Shown piece after piece: positions 26,137 to 35,510 of a stretch of DNA of 41,972 bases. The first letter of the stretch is position 1, and every line of letters begins with the position of its first letter. Source of the DNA: Acutalibacteraceae bacterium (GTDB lineage: Bacteria > Bacillota > Clostridia > Oscillospirales > Acutalibacteraceae); NCBI GenBank assembly GCA_045661005.1, contig JAZREW010000017.1, positions 1 through 41,972 on the forward strand, read 5' to 3'. A program made the position numbers and the translations under genes. Under the pieces are notes generated by a model that was given only the letters and a program-made list of their open reading frames with translations, ran no database searches and had not been told where the DNA came from.

Positions 26137-28446
26137 ATGATGTATAAAAAAATCCCTCTTGAAATTACAACAGATATTTTAGTTATAGGTGCAGGTCTTG
26201 CGGGCGTTTGCGCCGCAGTTAATGCGGCAAGAAACGGTTGCGACGTTGTTTTGCTTGAGCGTTTCAGAACGTTGGGTGGCAACGGCGGTCCAGAGGTTGG
26301 CGTTCATCCATCAGGCGCACATAGATTTCATCCTTTTGCTGCCGAAACAGGATTAATAGAGGAAATGATAGAGGAAGCCGCTTGGCGAGGCGCTAAGACA
26401 TTATCCTACGGAAACCATTACAATATGTCACAAATGTGGGATACCGTGTTAAGCGATACTCTTAAAAAAGCGGGTGTTACAGTTTTAAGATGCAACTATG
26501 CAAAAGAACCTGTGGTTGAAAACGGAAAAATCACAAAGGTTATTGTTGAAGATGTAGCAACCTTTCACACAAGAGTAATTACCGTTAAAACAGCAGTAGT
26601 TGACTCTTCGGGAGACGGTAATATTTCTTTTCTTGCAGGCGATGATTTCAGACTTGGCAGAGAGTCGGTTTCGGAATACGGCGAGCGCTCTGCACCCGAA
26701 AAGGCGGATAATATTACACTTGGCACTAGTCTTGTGGCTTATATAAGAAAAAATGATACAGAGGTTAATTTTACAACACCGCCCGGAACCTCAGCGTATC
26801 ATCCTGGCTATGAGCATACCGATATGCCTGATAATGATGAGCCGGCATTTATATTCCCAACCGAAACCGGCGGCGAAGCAGATGCCGATACTATTGAGGA
26901 CGAGCATGCAATATATGAAACCCTTTTAGACCAGCTTTATTCTTGGTTTGAACACAAGAGAAATAATAGAGAAGACGGCAAATATTGGGAGCTTGTATGG
27001 GTTAGTCCTAGAACGGGTAAGCGAGAAAGCAGACGCTTTAAGGGTCCTTATACTTTAACACAAAACGATGTTGAAGATGGTAAGATTTTTGAAGACGCTA
27101 TTGGTTTTGGCGGTTTTCCCGAGGATTTACACTATCCAAGACCCGAAAATGAAAAGTATATAAAAATCAAGTATATAGCAATTCCGCCGTTATATTCTAT
27201 TCCTTACAGATGTACATATTCAAATAAAATAGAAAATTTATTTTACGCTTCAAGACTTTGCAGCGTAAGCCATTTGGCACACGGCACAGTAAGACTTCAA
27301 CGCACACTTTCAACAATAGGTATGGCAGTTGGTATTGCGGCGGCGCTTTGTAAAAAATATAACTGTTCACCGGCGGATATTTATGAAAAGCATCTTGAAG
27401 AATTGCAACAAGAAATGCTTAAGCAGGATATAACCATAATGGGCAAGGCAAATGCTGATGATTCGGATTTAGCAAAGCAGGCTAAGGTTACGGCAGATAG
27501 CTTTATTGCATACGGTGTTGGCGAAACAGATGATTTTGTTCCACTTGACTGTCCACGTGGTGTAATGCTTTGGGATTGGTGCGACAGAATAGAAAAGTTT
27601 AACTGTTACTTAAAAAACACAAACAATACACCCGTTAATATGAGCGCTAAGGTTAAGGTTTACAGACCTGAGCATAAATATAAGTTAGAAAAAGACCAAT
27701 CGCTTAAATTCAGCTACAGAAAAGGTAAGGGCAACCATGTAGAATGGGGTGTAGACGATTCTGTTACAGCCTTTGAAGAGGTGGCACAGGTTGAGTTCAC
27801 AATACCTGCAAAATTTTGTGGTTGGTATGAAATACCGGTTAATATAGACTTAACACCTAAAAATGAATATGATGATGATGTGCGCTATGTTATAGAATTA
27901 GACAAGGCAGACGGTGTGTATTGGAGCAAAGATAATAATTCGTATGATTATTGCCGCCGTTTTGAGCTTGGTGATAATTCCGATAAATACACTACGTACT
28001 ATGACGCACATAGTTATAATATTGTACCTACACCAAAGTATGCCGAGGCGGAAAATATTATAGACGGTGTAAGCCGCAGATGGTCCACAAACCCTGTTCA
28101 TATGTGGATTTCTAAAGAAGAGCTGCCACAAAGCATAACACTTGATTGGGAAAAGGAAGTTAAATTCAATACAGTTAATATTACCTTTGATACTTTAACT
28201 CATTCTTATGTTAATATGCCGCTGGACTGTGCAAAAAAGGTTTCCGAATTGTTGGTTAAGCGTTATAAGCTTGAAGTGTATTCAAACGGTGAATGGAAAA
28301 CGGTATACGAAAAGGATAATAACTATCATAGATTTAATAGTGTTACTATTCCCGAAACGGTGTCACAAAACTTAAGACTTACAGTATTAGAAACCTGGGG
28401 CACATCGCAGGCCAGAGTTTATGAAATAAGAGTTTATAATCAATAA
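26137..28446 (+). CDS. Cytoplasmic FAD-dependent oxidoreductase (FAD_oxidored/PF12831-like) with C-terminal F5/8-type-C (discoidin/CBM32-like) domain
   Basis: N-terminal dinucleotide fold DILVIGAGLAGVCAAVNAARNGCDVVLLER...GG and no signal peptide. The C-terminus (about 28042-28443) reads NIIDGVSRRWSTNP...SITLDWEKEVKFNTVNITF...YKLEVYSNGEWKTVYE...LRLTVLETWG...RVYEIRVYN, which is typical of discoidin domains. Confidence 0.75.
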   Translation: MMYKKIPLEITTDILVIGAGLAGVCAAVNAARNGCDVVLLERFRTLGGNGGPEVGVHPSGAHRFHPFAAETGLIEEMIEEAAWRGAKTLSYGNHYNMSQMWDTVLSDTLKKAGVTVLRCNYAKEPVVENGKITKVIVEDVATFHTRVITVKTAVVDSSGDGNISFLAGDDFRLGRESVSEYGERSAPEKADNITLGTSLVAYIRKNDTEVNFTTPPGTSAYHPGYEHTDMPDNDEPAFIFPTETGGEADADTIEDEHAIYETLLDQLYSWFEHKRNNREDGKYWELVWVSPRTGKRESRRFKGPYTLTQNDVEDGKIFEDAIGFGGFPEDLHYPRPENEKYIKIKYIAIPPLYSIPYRCTYSNKIENLFYASRLCSVSHLAHGTVRLQRTLSTIGMAVGIAAALCKKYNCSPADIYEKHLEELQQEMLKQDITIMGKANADDSDLAKQAKVTADSFIAYGVGETDDFVPLDCPRGVMLWDWCDRIEKFNCYLKNTNNTPVNMSAKVKVYRPEHKYKLEKDQSLKFSYRKGKGNHVEWGVDDSVTAFEEVAQVEFTIPAKFCGWYEIPVNIDLTPKNEYDDDVRYVIELDKADGVYWSKDNNSYDYCRRFELGDNSDKYTTYYDAHSYNIVPTPKYAEAENIIDGVSRRWSTNPVHMWISKEELPQSITLDWEKEVKFNTVNITFDTLTHSYVNMPLDCAKKVSELLVKRYKLEVYSNGEWKTVYEKDNNYHRFNSVTIPETVSQNLRLTVLETWGTSQARVYEIRVYNQ

Positions 28447-28464
28447 GCAAAACAGGAGTTTAAG

Positions 28465-29316
28465 ATGGACTTTTCTTATGATATAGGATGGTTGCCAAAT
28501 AAATTAGGATTAAATGAAACATTAGCGGCTTGTAAGGCGGCCGGTATTAATACTGTTGCATATAATTTTCAATGCATTGACGGTTTATACGATGTTTTAC
28601 ACCATACAAAGTATATAGAAAACGCCTGTATGGTTAAAAACATTCTTGATTCTTACAATATATCCTGCAATCAAACCTATGCTCCTTTTTCGTTAAAGCT
28701 TTGTGATGAAAGGTTAAACCGATTTGAAGAAAATTATGGCGAGCTTGTAAGGGCGCTCGAATTTTCTGCCAAAATAGGTGCAAATCAAATGGTGGTTTGC
28801 GCTGTACAGGTGCCGAAGGGTATTGACCAAAAGGAAAAGAACTATAAAATTTATAAATCCTTAATACCGTTTTGTGAAAAATTTGGTATACAACTTGCAA
28901 TAAGCTCGGATTTTCCTAAGCATTTTAAAAGCTCGGCGTTAAAAACACATTGGGCTACCGCAGAAGAGTATAGGGATTTTATACTTTCTTTCGGTTCTGA
29001 ATATGTTTGCGCCTGCCTTGATTTGTGCACGTCTTCTGTTTTAAATCTCACACCTTTCGAGTTTATTGATGTTGTGGGAAACAAAATTTTAAAAAGCATA
29101 AATATTAAAGATGCTGAGAAATACAGGGATATACATTTACAGGCGTTTAATGAGCAGTTTGATTTGAAAAAAATAAGGGAAAAGCTTGAAGAGATAAACT
29201 ATAATGGTGACTTCACCTTTGAATGTCCCTCGTTTGTAAAAGGTTATCCAAACGAATTATTACCTGCGTTATTAAAGCTTTTTGCAGATATTGGTTGTTT
29301 TGTTACTAACGGTTAG
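28465..29316 (+). CDS. Xylose-isomerase-like TIM-barrel (sugar phosphate isomerase/epimerase, AP_endonuc_2) family protein, divergent copy lacking the usual metal-ligand residues
   Basis: It aligns along its length with the next gene (CNQTYAPF/CNQTHSPY, IPFCEKFGIQLAISS/LPYCEKLNIKIALET, CACLDLCTSS/AACIDLGHTA, NYNGDFTFEC/GYSGDLTFED). It has S, C and T where the partner has E and H. Confidence 0.65.
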   Translation: MDFSYDIGWLPNKLGLNETLAACKAAGINTVAYNFQCIDGLYDVLHHTKYIENACMVKNILDSYNISCNQTYAPFSLKLCDERLNRFEENYGELVRALEFSAKIGANQMVVCAVQVPKGIDQKEKNYKIYKSLIPFCEKFGIQLAISSDFPKHFKSSALKTHWATAEEYRDFILSFGSEYVCACLDLCTSSVLNLTPFEFIDVVGNKILKSINIKDAEKYRDIHLQAFNEQFDLKKIREKLEEINYNGDFTFECPSFVKGYPNELLPALLKLFADIGCFVTNG

Positions 29317-29327
29317 GGGGAAAACAA

Positions 29328-30209
29328 ATGAAACTTTCTAGTGCGGTTGGTACGCTTTCTTTCAGATTTTCCGAAGAAAAGGTTTTTGAAATGTTTAGCG
29401 AAGCGGGCTTTGATGCGCTTGATATAAGCTTTTTTAACAGGGAAGAGTATGTTGGCGGGTTAGAAAAATATTATCCTTTAGGTGAAGATTACATTTCTAA
29501 AGCGCAAAAGCAGAAAAAGCTATTAGATGAAGCGGGGTTAAGGTGCAATCAAACCCACTCGCCTTACGGTTTGTTGCCTGATGACGAGTTGAACTGTTCT
29601 AATTATCATTTTGCAGAGTTGGTTCGTTCTTTAGAAACCTCGGCAATTTTAGAGGCACCGCATACGGTTATACATCCTGTAAAACCGCAAAATATAGAGG
29701 ATGTGTATAACTGTAATATGCGTATGTTTGAAGCTTTGCTTCCATATTGCGAAAAGCTTAACATTAAAATAGCTTTAGAAACCTGTCATTTGCGTTATAA
29801 TCTAAACGGAAAAAGTGTAGTATATTTTGACAATGCAAAAAAATATTGTGATATTATAAAGGCTGCAAATTCACCGTATATTGCCGCTTGTATAGATTTG
29901 GGTCATACCGCAGGCGGTTTGAGCGACTATCCCGAACTGTTTATAAAGGAAATGGAAAAGGATTTGCTGATAGGTCTTCATGTGCAGGATTGTGATTATA
30001 TGCACGATAACCATACAACACCTTTTTTCCAAAAACTTAATTGGGAGCAGATAATGCAGGCTTTGGCGGAAATTGGCTATAGCGGGGACTTGACCTTTGA
30101 GGATGTTAATATTGATAAGCATTTTCCCGATGAGCTTATTAAAAGTGTAATAAATTATAAGGCAGAGGTTGGCAGGTATCTTATAGAACTATTTAATAAG
30201 CATATTTAA
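29328..30209 (+). CDS. Xylose-isomerase-like TIM-barrel (sugar phosphate isomerase/epimerase) family protein, canonical copy
   Basis: Family-typical motifs are present: NQTHSPY, TVIHPV, IKIALET, ACIDLGHTA, GLHVQD, DLTFED. Confidence 0.75.
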   Translation: MKLSSAVGTLSFRFSEEKVFEMFSEAGFDALDISFFNREEYVGGLEKYYPLGEDYISKAQKQKKLLDEAGLRCNQTHSPYGLLPDDELNCSNYHFAELVRSLETSAILEAPHTVIHPVKPQNIEDVYNCNMRMFEALLPYCEKLNIKIALETCHLRYNLNGKSVVYFDNAKKYCDIIKAANSPYIAACIDLGHTAGGLSDYPELFIKEMEKDLLIGLHVQDCDYMHDNHTTPFFQKLNWEQIMQALAEIGYSGDLTFEDVNIDKHFPDELIKSVINYKAEVGRYLIELFNKHI

Positions 30210-30226
30210 TTATTTAAACGTAAAAA

Positions 30227-30276
30227 GGCATTCGAATTAATGAACTGAGTAGATTTTAAAGCGAATGTCTTTTTTT
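30227..30276 (+). terminator. Candidate terminator closing the glycan cluster
   Basis: GGCATTCG (30227-30234) pairs with CGAATGTC (30262-30269, one G-U) and is followed by TTTTTTT (30270-30276). The 27-nt loop is long, which lowers confidence. Confidence 0.5.
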
Positions 30277-30487
30277 AGTGCCGAATTTTGCTAAAAACTG
30301 TTTTGGCTTTATCAAACTATCTTGTTTTTCTTGTGTTGATGTGATATAATTGTTTTAATATTTATTTTTATAAAAATAATACAATTTTGTGAGGTAAAGC
30401 CTTATGAACCATTAACAAGTATAATTTTTTATTATGGCAGAAAAATAAATTATTATAATTAATATTTGGTATTGGTTCTTAAAAATA

Positions 30488-30516
30488 TTGACTGGAAAAA
30501 CAAAGTGTGTTATAAT
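30488..30516 (+). promoter_or_regulatory. Near-consensus sigma-A promoter of the V-ATPase operon
   Basis: TTGACT (30488-30493), a 17-nt spacer ending in TGT, and TATAAT (30511-30516). This is an extended -10 promoter about 115 nt upstream of the first ATG. Confidence 0.7.
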
Positions 30517-30540
30517 AAGTAAAAATATAAAAAACATATT

Positions 30541-30584
30541 AAGGAACCAGCTGACTGTAGAGGACGTTGGTTCTTTTTGTCTTT
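30541..30584 (+). promoter_or_regulatory. Leader stem-loop followed by a T-rich tract (possible attenuator) between the promoter and ntpE
   Basis: AAGGAACCA (30541-30549) pairs with TGGTTCTTT (30568-30576, one G-U) around an 18-nt loop, then TTGTCTTT. The stem is fairly weak. Confidence 0.35.
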
Positions 30585-30630
30585 ATGGGTAAAATATAAT
30601 TAAACAAACTCAAAAAAAGGAGCAGAAGTT

Positions 30631-31236
30631 ATGGAAATTCAACTTCAAGAACTGATTGAACAAATCAAGCAAGAGGGTGTCACATCGGCAGAAGCGGAGG
30701 CTAAAGCTATAATTGATGCCGCAAAGGCACAGGCGGATAAAATTTTAGCCGAAGCAAATGTAGAAGCTCAAAAAACCGTTGCTAATGCAAAAGCTGAAAC
30801 CGAAAGAATAACCAAATCAAGTGAAGATGCTATTCGTCAGGCAGGACGTAATTTGCTGATTTCTTTCAGAGAAAGCGTAACACGTGAGCTAAATGGCATT
30901 ATAGGTGAAAATGTTTCTGCTGTGTATTCTTCAGAAAAGTTATCACAGCTTATTGCTAACGTGGTTGAAAGCTGGGCAAACAAGCCGGACGCTGAAGATT
31001 TAGAAGTAATTTTAAATTCTGATAATATTAAGGAATTAGAGGAAAGCTTGTTGGCGGCGCTTAAAGAAAAAATGCTGACAGGCGTTACACTAAAGCCAAA
31101 CGATAATTTTGACGGCGGTTTCCGTATTTCTGTAAACAACGGCAGCGCTTATTATGATTATTCCGATGAAGCCGTTGTAGATATGCTTGCAAACTATCTT
31201 AGTCCCAAGGTTACAAAGCTTTTGAAAGAGGCATAA
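30631..31236 (+). CDS. ntpE: V-type ATPase subunit E
   Basis: RBS AAAGGAG. An Ala/Glu/Lys-rich N-terminal coiled helix (EAEAKAIIDAAKAQADKILAEANVEAQK), a size of 201 aa, and first position in the V-ATPase operon. Confidence 0.8.
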   Translation: MEIQLQELIEQIKQEGVTSAEAEAKAIIDAAKAQADKILAEANVEAQKTVANAKAETERITKSSEDAIRQAGRNLLISFRESVTRELNGIIGENVSAVYSSEKLSQLIANVVESWANKPDAEDLEVILNSDNIKELEESLLAALKEKMLTGVTLKPNDNFDGGFRISVNNGSAYYDYSDEAVVDMLANYLSPKVTKLLKEA

Positions 31237-31240
31237 ATAT

Positions 31241-31798
31241 ATGGCTGAATATTATTTAATTTCACAGTTGCCGTCGCTAGACGGAATAAGTGAAAATTCT
31301 CCTTTACCGATTTCTCAAGAGCAATTCAACGAGCTGTGTGGCCGTTTTCTTGGAAAAAAGGCATGTGATGCTATGGATAAGCTTACCTTATTACCTCCAC
31401 GAAAACTGCAAAGCTCGGGTTCTGCATTAATTGATAAATGGAACCAGAGCGAGCGTGATTTGCGTTTTGCGCTTGGCAAGGTAAGAGCAGAAAAAATGAA
31501 AAAATCTTTTGATATTGATAATGCAGTTTTGCCCGTAGAATATATTAAGGCGGCAAGTCTTGCTACTGAAATTGAAAACCCAATGGAAGCGGAAGAATAT
31601 TTAAATCGTTTTCGCTTGGAAATACTAGAAATGCTTAGACCGATGGATAATTTTTCAGATGATTACATCTTCTATTACGGGCTTAAGTTAAAGCTTATTC
31701 TTAGAATAAGGCAGTTTGATACAAATGCCGGAGAACAAGCATACAAAAAAATATATAGCTCCATATTGAACGGAGATAGGATGGAGGCAATACAATGA
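31241..31798 (+). CDS. DUF2764-like protein (the C/d-subunit substitute found in E-X-A-B-D-I-K type V-ATPase operons)
   Basis: It lies between E and A and starts MAEYYLISQLPSL. It is 185 aa, and its stop overlaps the ntpA start in an ATGA. The family name comes from remembered operon architecture, not from a search. Confidence 0.55.
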   Translation: MAEYYLISQLPSLDGISENSPLPISQEQFNELCGRFLGKKACDAMDKLTLLPPRKLQSSGSALIDKWNQSERDLRFALGKVRAEKMKKSFDIDNAVLPVEYIKAASLATEIENPMEAEEYLNRFRLEILEMLRPMDNFSDDYIFYYGLKLKLILRIRQFDTNAGEQAYKKIYSSILNGDRMEAIQ

Positions 31799-33564
31799 CT
31801 GAAAATAAAGGAAAGGTAGTAAGCATAAACGGAAACTTAGTGTCGGTAGAGTTTAGCGGCAATGTTTCTATGAACGAAATATGCTATGTTTTAGTTGGTA
31901 CTACCACTTTGAAAAGTGAAGTTATTCGTATAAGAGGTAATATAGCACAGGTTCAGGTTTACGAAATGACAGATGGTATTAAGTGCGGTGATGAAGTAGA
32001 ATTTACCGGCGATATGCTTTCTGCAGATTTAGGACCCGGTTTATTAGGTCAGGTGTATGACGGATTGCAAAATCCGCTACCTGTTTTGGCAGAACAAGCG
32101 GGTTGGTTCTTAGAAAGAGGCGTTTATGCTGATGGTTTAAATGCCGAAAAGAAGTGGGAATTCACCCCAACTGCAAAAGTGGGTGACACGGTCCGTGCGG
32201 GTGAATATATAGGCACAGTACCCGAGGGACCTTTTACACACAAGATTTTTCTGCCTTTTTATTTGCTTGGCAACTACACAATAAAATCTATTGCAGACAA
32301 GGGCGAATATACCGTTAGAGAAACTATTGCAGTAGTAACAGATGACCGTGGCCGAGAAACAGCTATTTCAATGTCATTTAAGTGGCCTGTAAAACGTGCA
32401 GTAAAATGCTATAGCGAAAGATTAGCACCTGTTGAAACAATGGAAACCAAGGTTCGACTTATAGATTCATTCTTCCCTGTAGCAAAGGGCGGAACCTATT
32501 GTACACCAGGTCCATTTGGTGCGGGCAAAACCGTATTACAGCATACCACATCAAAATATGCAGATGTAGATATTGTTATTATAGCGGCCTGCGGTGAACG
32601 TGCGGGTGAGGTTGTTGAAACAATAACCGAATTCCCTGAGCTTACCGACCCTAAAACCGGTCGTTCACTTATGGAAAGAACCATAATTATATGTAACACA
32701 TCTTCAATGCCTGTTGCTTCTCGTGAAGCATCGGTTTATACATCGGTTACTCTTGCAGAGTATTATAGACAAATGGGACTTAATGTTCTTCTTTTGGCAG
32801 ATTCTACTTCTCGTTGGGCACAGGCTTTGCGTGAAATGTCGGGCAGACTTGAAGAAATTCCCGGCGAAGAGGCTTTCCCTGCATATCTTGAATCATATAT
32901 TGCTGCTTTCTATGAAAGAGCGGGTTATGTATTGTTGCCTGATGGCAGTAAGGGTTCTGTTACTATTGGCGGAACCGTTTCACCTGCGGGCGGTAACTTT
33001 GAAGAGCCTGTAACTCAGGCAACCTTAAAGGTTGTGGGCGCTTTCCACGGTCTTTCACGTGAGCGTTCTGATGCCAGAAAATATCCCGCTATTGACCCGC
33101 TTATTTCTTGGTCGAAGTACGGAAGTGTTATTGATAGCAAAAAGTTAGAATTTTGCAAAAACATACTTCATTACGGTGACGAGATTGATTCTATGATGAA
33201 GGTTGTAGGCGAAGAGGGTACAACGCTTTTAGATTATATTACCTATTTAAAATCCGAAATGCTTGATTCGGTTTACTTGCAACAGAACTCGTTTGATTTA
33301 GTTGAAGCAAACTGTGGAAAAGCACGTCAGCGCTATGTTACAGATAAGCTTGTATATGTTCTTGGTAGTGATTTCTCGGTTGAAAACAAGGATGATGCCA
33401 GAAGCTTTTTCAACCGTATGCGCCAGAAATTTATTGACTGGAATTATACCGAGTTTGAAAGCGATGAATTTAAGAATGCTGAGGCAGAAATTGATGCGCT
33501 ATACAGTCAAGGTAACGGCGAGTTAACCGCTATAGCTAAGAATTTGTTAGAGGACGGTGAATAA
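31795..33564 (+). CDS. ntpA: V-type ATPase catalytic subunit A
   Basis: Walker [11 protein letters not shown]. Walker B-region [23 protein letters not shown]. The V-type non-homologous insert is present. 589 aa. Confidence 0.95.
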   Translation: MTENKGKVVSINGNLVSVEFSGNVSMNEICYVLVGTTTLKSEVIRIRGNIAQVQVYEMTDGIKCGDEVEFTGDMLSADLGPGLLGQVYDGLQNPLPVLAEQAGWFLERGVYADGLNAEKKWEFTPTAKVGDTVRAGEYIGTVPEGPFTHKIFLPFYLLGNYTIKSIADKGEYTVRETIAVVTDDRGRETAISMSFKWPVKRAVKCYSERLAPVETMETKVRLIDSFFPVAKGGTYCTPGPFGAGKTVLQHTTSKYADVDIVIIAACGERAGEVVETITEFPELTDPKTGRSLMERTIIICNTSSMPVASREASVYTSVTLAEYYRQMGLNVLLLADSTSRWAQALREMSGRLEEIPGEEAFPAYLESYIAAFYERAGYVLLPDGSKGSVTIGGTVSPAGGNFEEPVTQATLKVVGAFHGLSRERSDARKYPAIDPLISWSKYGSVIDSKKLEFCKNILHYGDEIDSMMKVVGEEGTTLLDYITYLKSEMLDSVYLQQNSFDLVEANCGKARQRYVTDKLVYVLGSDFSVENKDDARSFFNRMRQKFIDWNYTEFESDEFKNAEAEIDALYSQGNGELTAIAKNLLEDGE

Positions 33565-33566
33565 TA

Positions 33567-34862
33567 GTGAACAAAGTATATAACCGAATTGAATCGATTA
33601 CCGGTAACGTTATCACCGTTAGAGCAAACGGTGTAAAATATAAGGAATTAGCACAAATTAACACTCGTTTTGGCAAATCTTTGGCTCAGGTTAATAAAAT
33701 TGAGGGGGATATAGTATCCCTACAGGTTTTCGCAGGTGGTCAGGGTGTTTCTACAGGTGACGAGGTTCGTTTCTTAGGTCACGAAATGCGTGTATCCTTT
33801 AGCGAGGATTTGTTGGGCCGTATATTTAACGGTTCGGGTGAGCCTAGAGACAAAGGCCCTGCACTTACAGAAAATTTAAAGCCTATAGGCGGTCCTTCTG
33901 TTAACCCTACAAAACGTATTCTTGCAAACAGAATGATGAGAACCAACATTCCTATGATTGATATGTTTAATACATTGGTTGTTTCTCAAAAATTACCTAT
34001 ATTCTCAATTTCTGGCGAACCTTACAACCAACTTCTTGCCCGTATTGCAATGCAGGCCGAAGCAGATGTAATTGTTCTTGGCGGTATGGGTCTTAAGTAT
34101 GACGATTTTCTGTATTTTAAAGATGCTCTTTCAAAGGGCGGCGCTTTAAGCAAAACGGTTATGTTTATTCATACAGCATCTGACCCTACTGTTGAATGTA
34201 TGATGATTCCTGATATGGTGTTGGCAGTAGCTGAACAGTTTGCATTGCAAAATAAGGATGTATTGGTGCTTTTAACCGATATGACCAACTTTGCTGATGC
34301 AATGAAAGAAATCGCCATTACTCAGGAACAGGTTCCTTCTAACCGTGGTTATCCCGGTGACTTATATTCTCAGCTTGCGGCACGTTACGAAAAGGCGGTT
34401 GACTTTGCCGATTCGGGCTCGGTTACCGTATTGGCGGTTACTACAATGCCGGGCGATGACGTTACACACCCTGTTCCGGATAATACAGGTTACATTACTG
34501 AGGGACAGTATTATCTAAAAGGCGGACGTATAGAGCCTTTCGGTTCACTTTCACGTCTTAAACAAAACGTAAACAATAAAACTCGCAAAGACCACCGTGC
34601 GCTTATGGATGCGATGATTAGAATGTACTCTTCTTACAAAGAAACGCTGGAAAAGAAAAACATGGGCTTTTCTATGAGTAAGTGGGATGAAAAATTGTTG
34701 AAATACGGTGAGCTTTTTGAAAGCCGACTAATGTCACTTTCTGTTAATCTTCCGCTGGAAGAAGCACTCGATTTGGGTTGGAAGATTTTGGCAGATTGTT
34801 TCCAAAAGGACGAAACAGGAATTAAATCAGACCTTACTGATGAATTTTGGCCTGAAGTTTAA
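33567..34862 (+). CDS. ntpB: V-type ATPase subunit B
   Basis: GTG start 2 nt after the ntpA stop. B-type motifs are present: [56 protein letters not shown]. There is no P-loop. Confidence 0.93.
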   Translation: MNKVYNRIESITGNVITVRANGVKYKELAQINTRFGKSLAQVNKIEGDIVSLQVFAGGQGVSTGDEVRFLGHEMRVSFSEDLLGRIFNGSGEPRDKGPALTENLKPIGGPSVNPTKRILANRMMRTNIPMIDMFNTLVVSQKLPIFSISGEPYNQLLARIAMQAEADVIVLGGMGLKYDDFLYFKDALSKGGALSKTVMFIHTASDPTVECMMIPDMVLAVAEQFALQNKDVLVLLTDMTNFADAMKEIAITQEQVPSNRGYPGDLYSQLAARYEKAVDFADSGSVTVLAVTTMPGDDVTHPVPDNTGYITEGQYYLKGGRIEPFGSLSRLKQNVNNKTRKDHRALMDAMIRMYSSYKETLEKKNMGFSMSKWDEKLLKYGELFESRLMSLSVNLPLEEALDLGWKILADCFQKDETGIKSDLTDEFWPEV

Positions 34863-34877
34863 GGAGGGCTTGTAGTT

Positions 34878-35510
34878 TTGGCAAAAATCAAACTAACTAA
34901 AAATGAGTTAAAGGTACAAAAAGACGCACTTAAAATGTACCGTAGATATTTGCCCACTTTGACACTTAAAAAACAACAGCTACAATCCGAAATTCGTACA
35001 ATTGAATTAAAAGCTAATGCCGTGCGAAAAGAAAAAGAAATGCTAGAGCAGGGTTTTAGAGATTGGATTGCAGTATTCAGCGAGATGGACGCTTTTCCCG
35101 AGGGAATAATAACCGTTAGCAATATTCGTAAAGGAATGGGAAATATTGCGGGTGTTAATATTCCCACATTCGAGGGTGCCGATTTTTCCAGAGGGGATTA
35201 CGATTTATATGAAACTCCGCTTTGGGTAGATATAGCCGCAAACCATATGGAAAAAGCTATTTCCCTTGATTTAGAGGCGGAAGTGTTAGATGAGCAGGTA
35301 AGATTGTTAGAAATTGAACTGCTTGCAACCTCTCAAAGAGTAAATCTGTTTGAAAAGGTCAAAATTCCCGAAACAGAGGAAAACATTAAAAAAATATCTA
35401 TTTATATGGCAGACCAACAGGTTAATGCCGTTGTGCGTTCAAAAATTTCAAAACGCAAGATAGCCATTCGTAATGCTATGGCTTCCGAAAAGGAGGTTTA
35501 TTCATTATGA
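34878..35510 (+). CDS. ntpD: V-type ATPase subunit D
   Basis: TTG start 9 nt after AAGGAGGG. N-terminus KLTKNELKVQKDALKMYRRYLPTLTLKKQQL. The C-terminal coiled coil is typical of subunit D. Confidence 0.88.
   Translation: MAKIKLTKNELKVQKDALKMYRRYLPTLTLKKQQLQSEIRTIELKANAVRKEKEMLEQGFRDWIAVFSEMDAFPEGIITVSNIRKGMGNIAGVNIPTFEGADFSRGDYDLYETPLWVDIAANHMEKAISLDLEAEVLDEQVRLLEIELLATSQRVNLFEKVKIPETEENIKKISIYMADQQVNAVVRSKISKRKIAIRNAMASEKEVYSL

Noticed and set aside
30322-30350. A second promoter-like element (TTGTTT-17-TGATATAAT) about 280 nt upstream of ntpE.
   Set aside because: The -35 is weak and the background is extremely AT-rich, so such hexamers arise by chance. The better promoter at 30488-30516 is closer to the gene. 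No ORF or structured RNA is evident between the two.
30362-30379. A perfect 18-nt palindrome TTATTTTTATAAAAATAA in the long intergenic region.
   Set aside because: It is made only of A/T in a region that is nearly all A/T. It could be an operator, but it has no information content I can tie to a known regulator.
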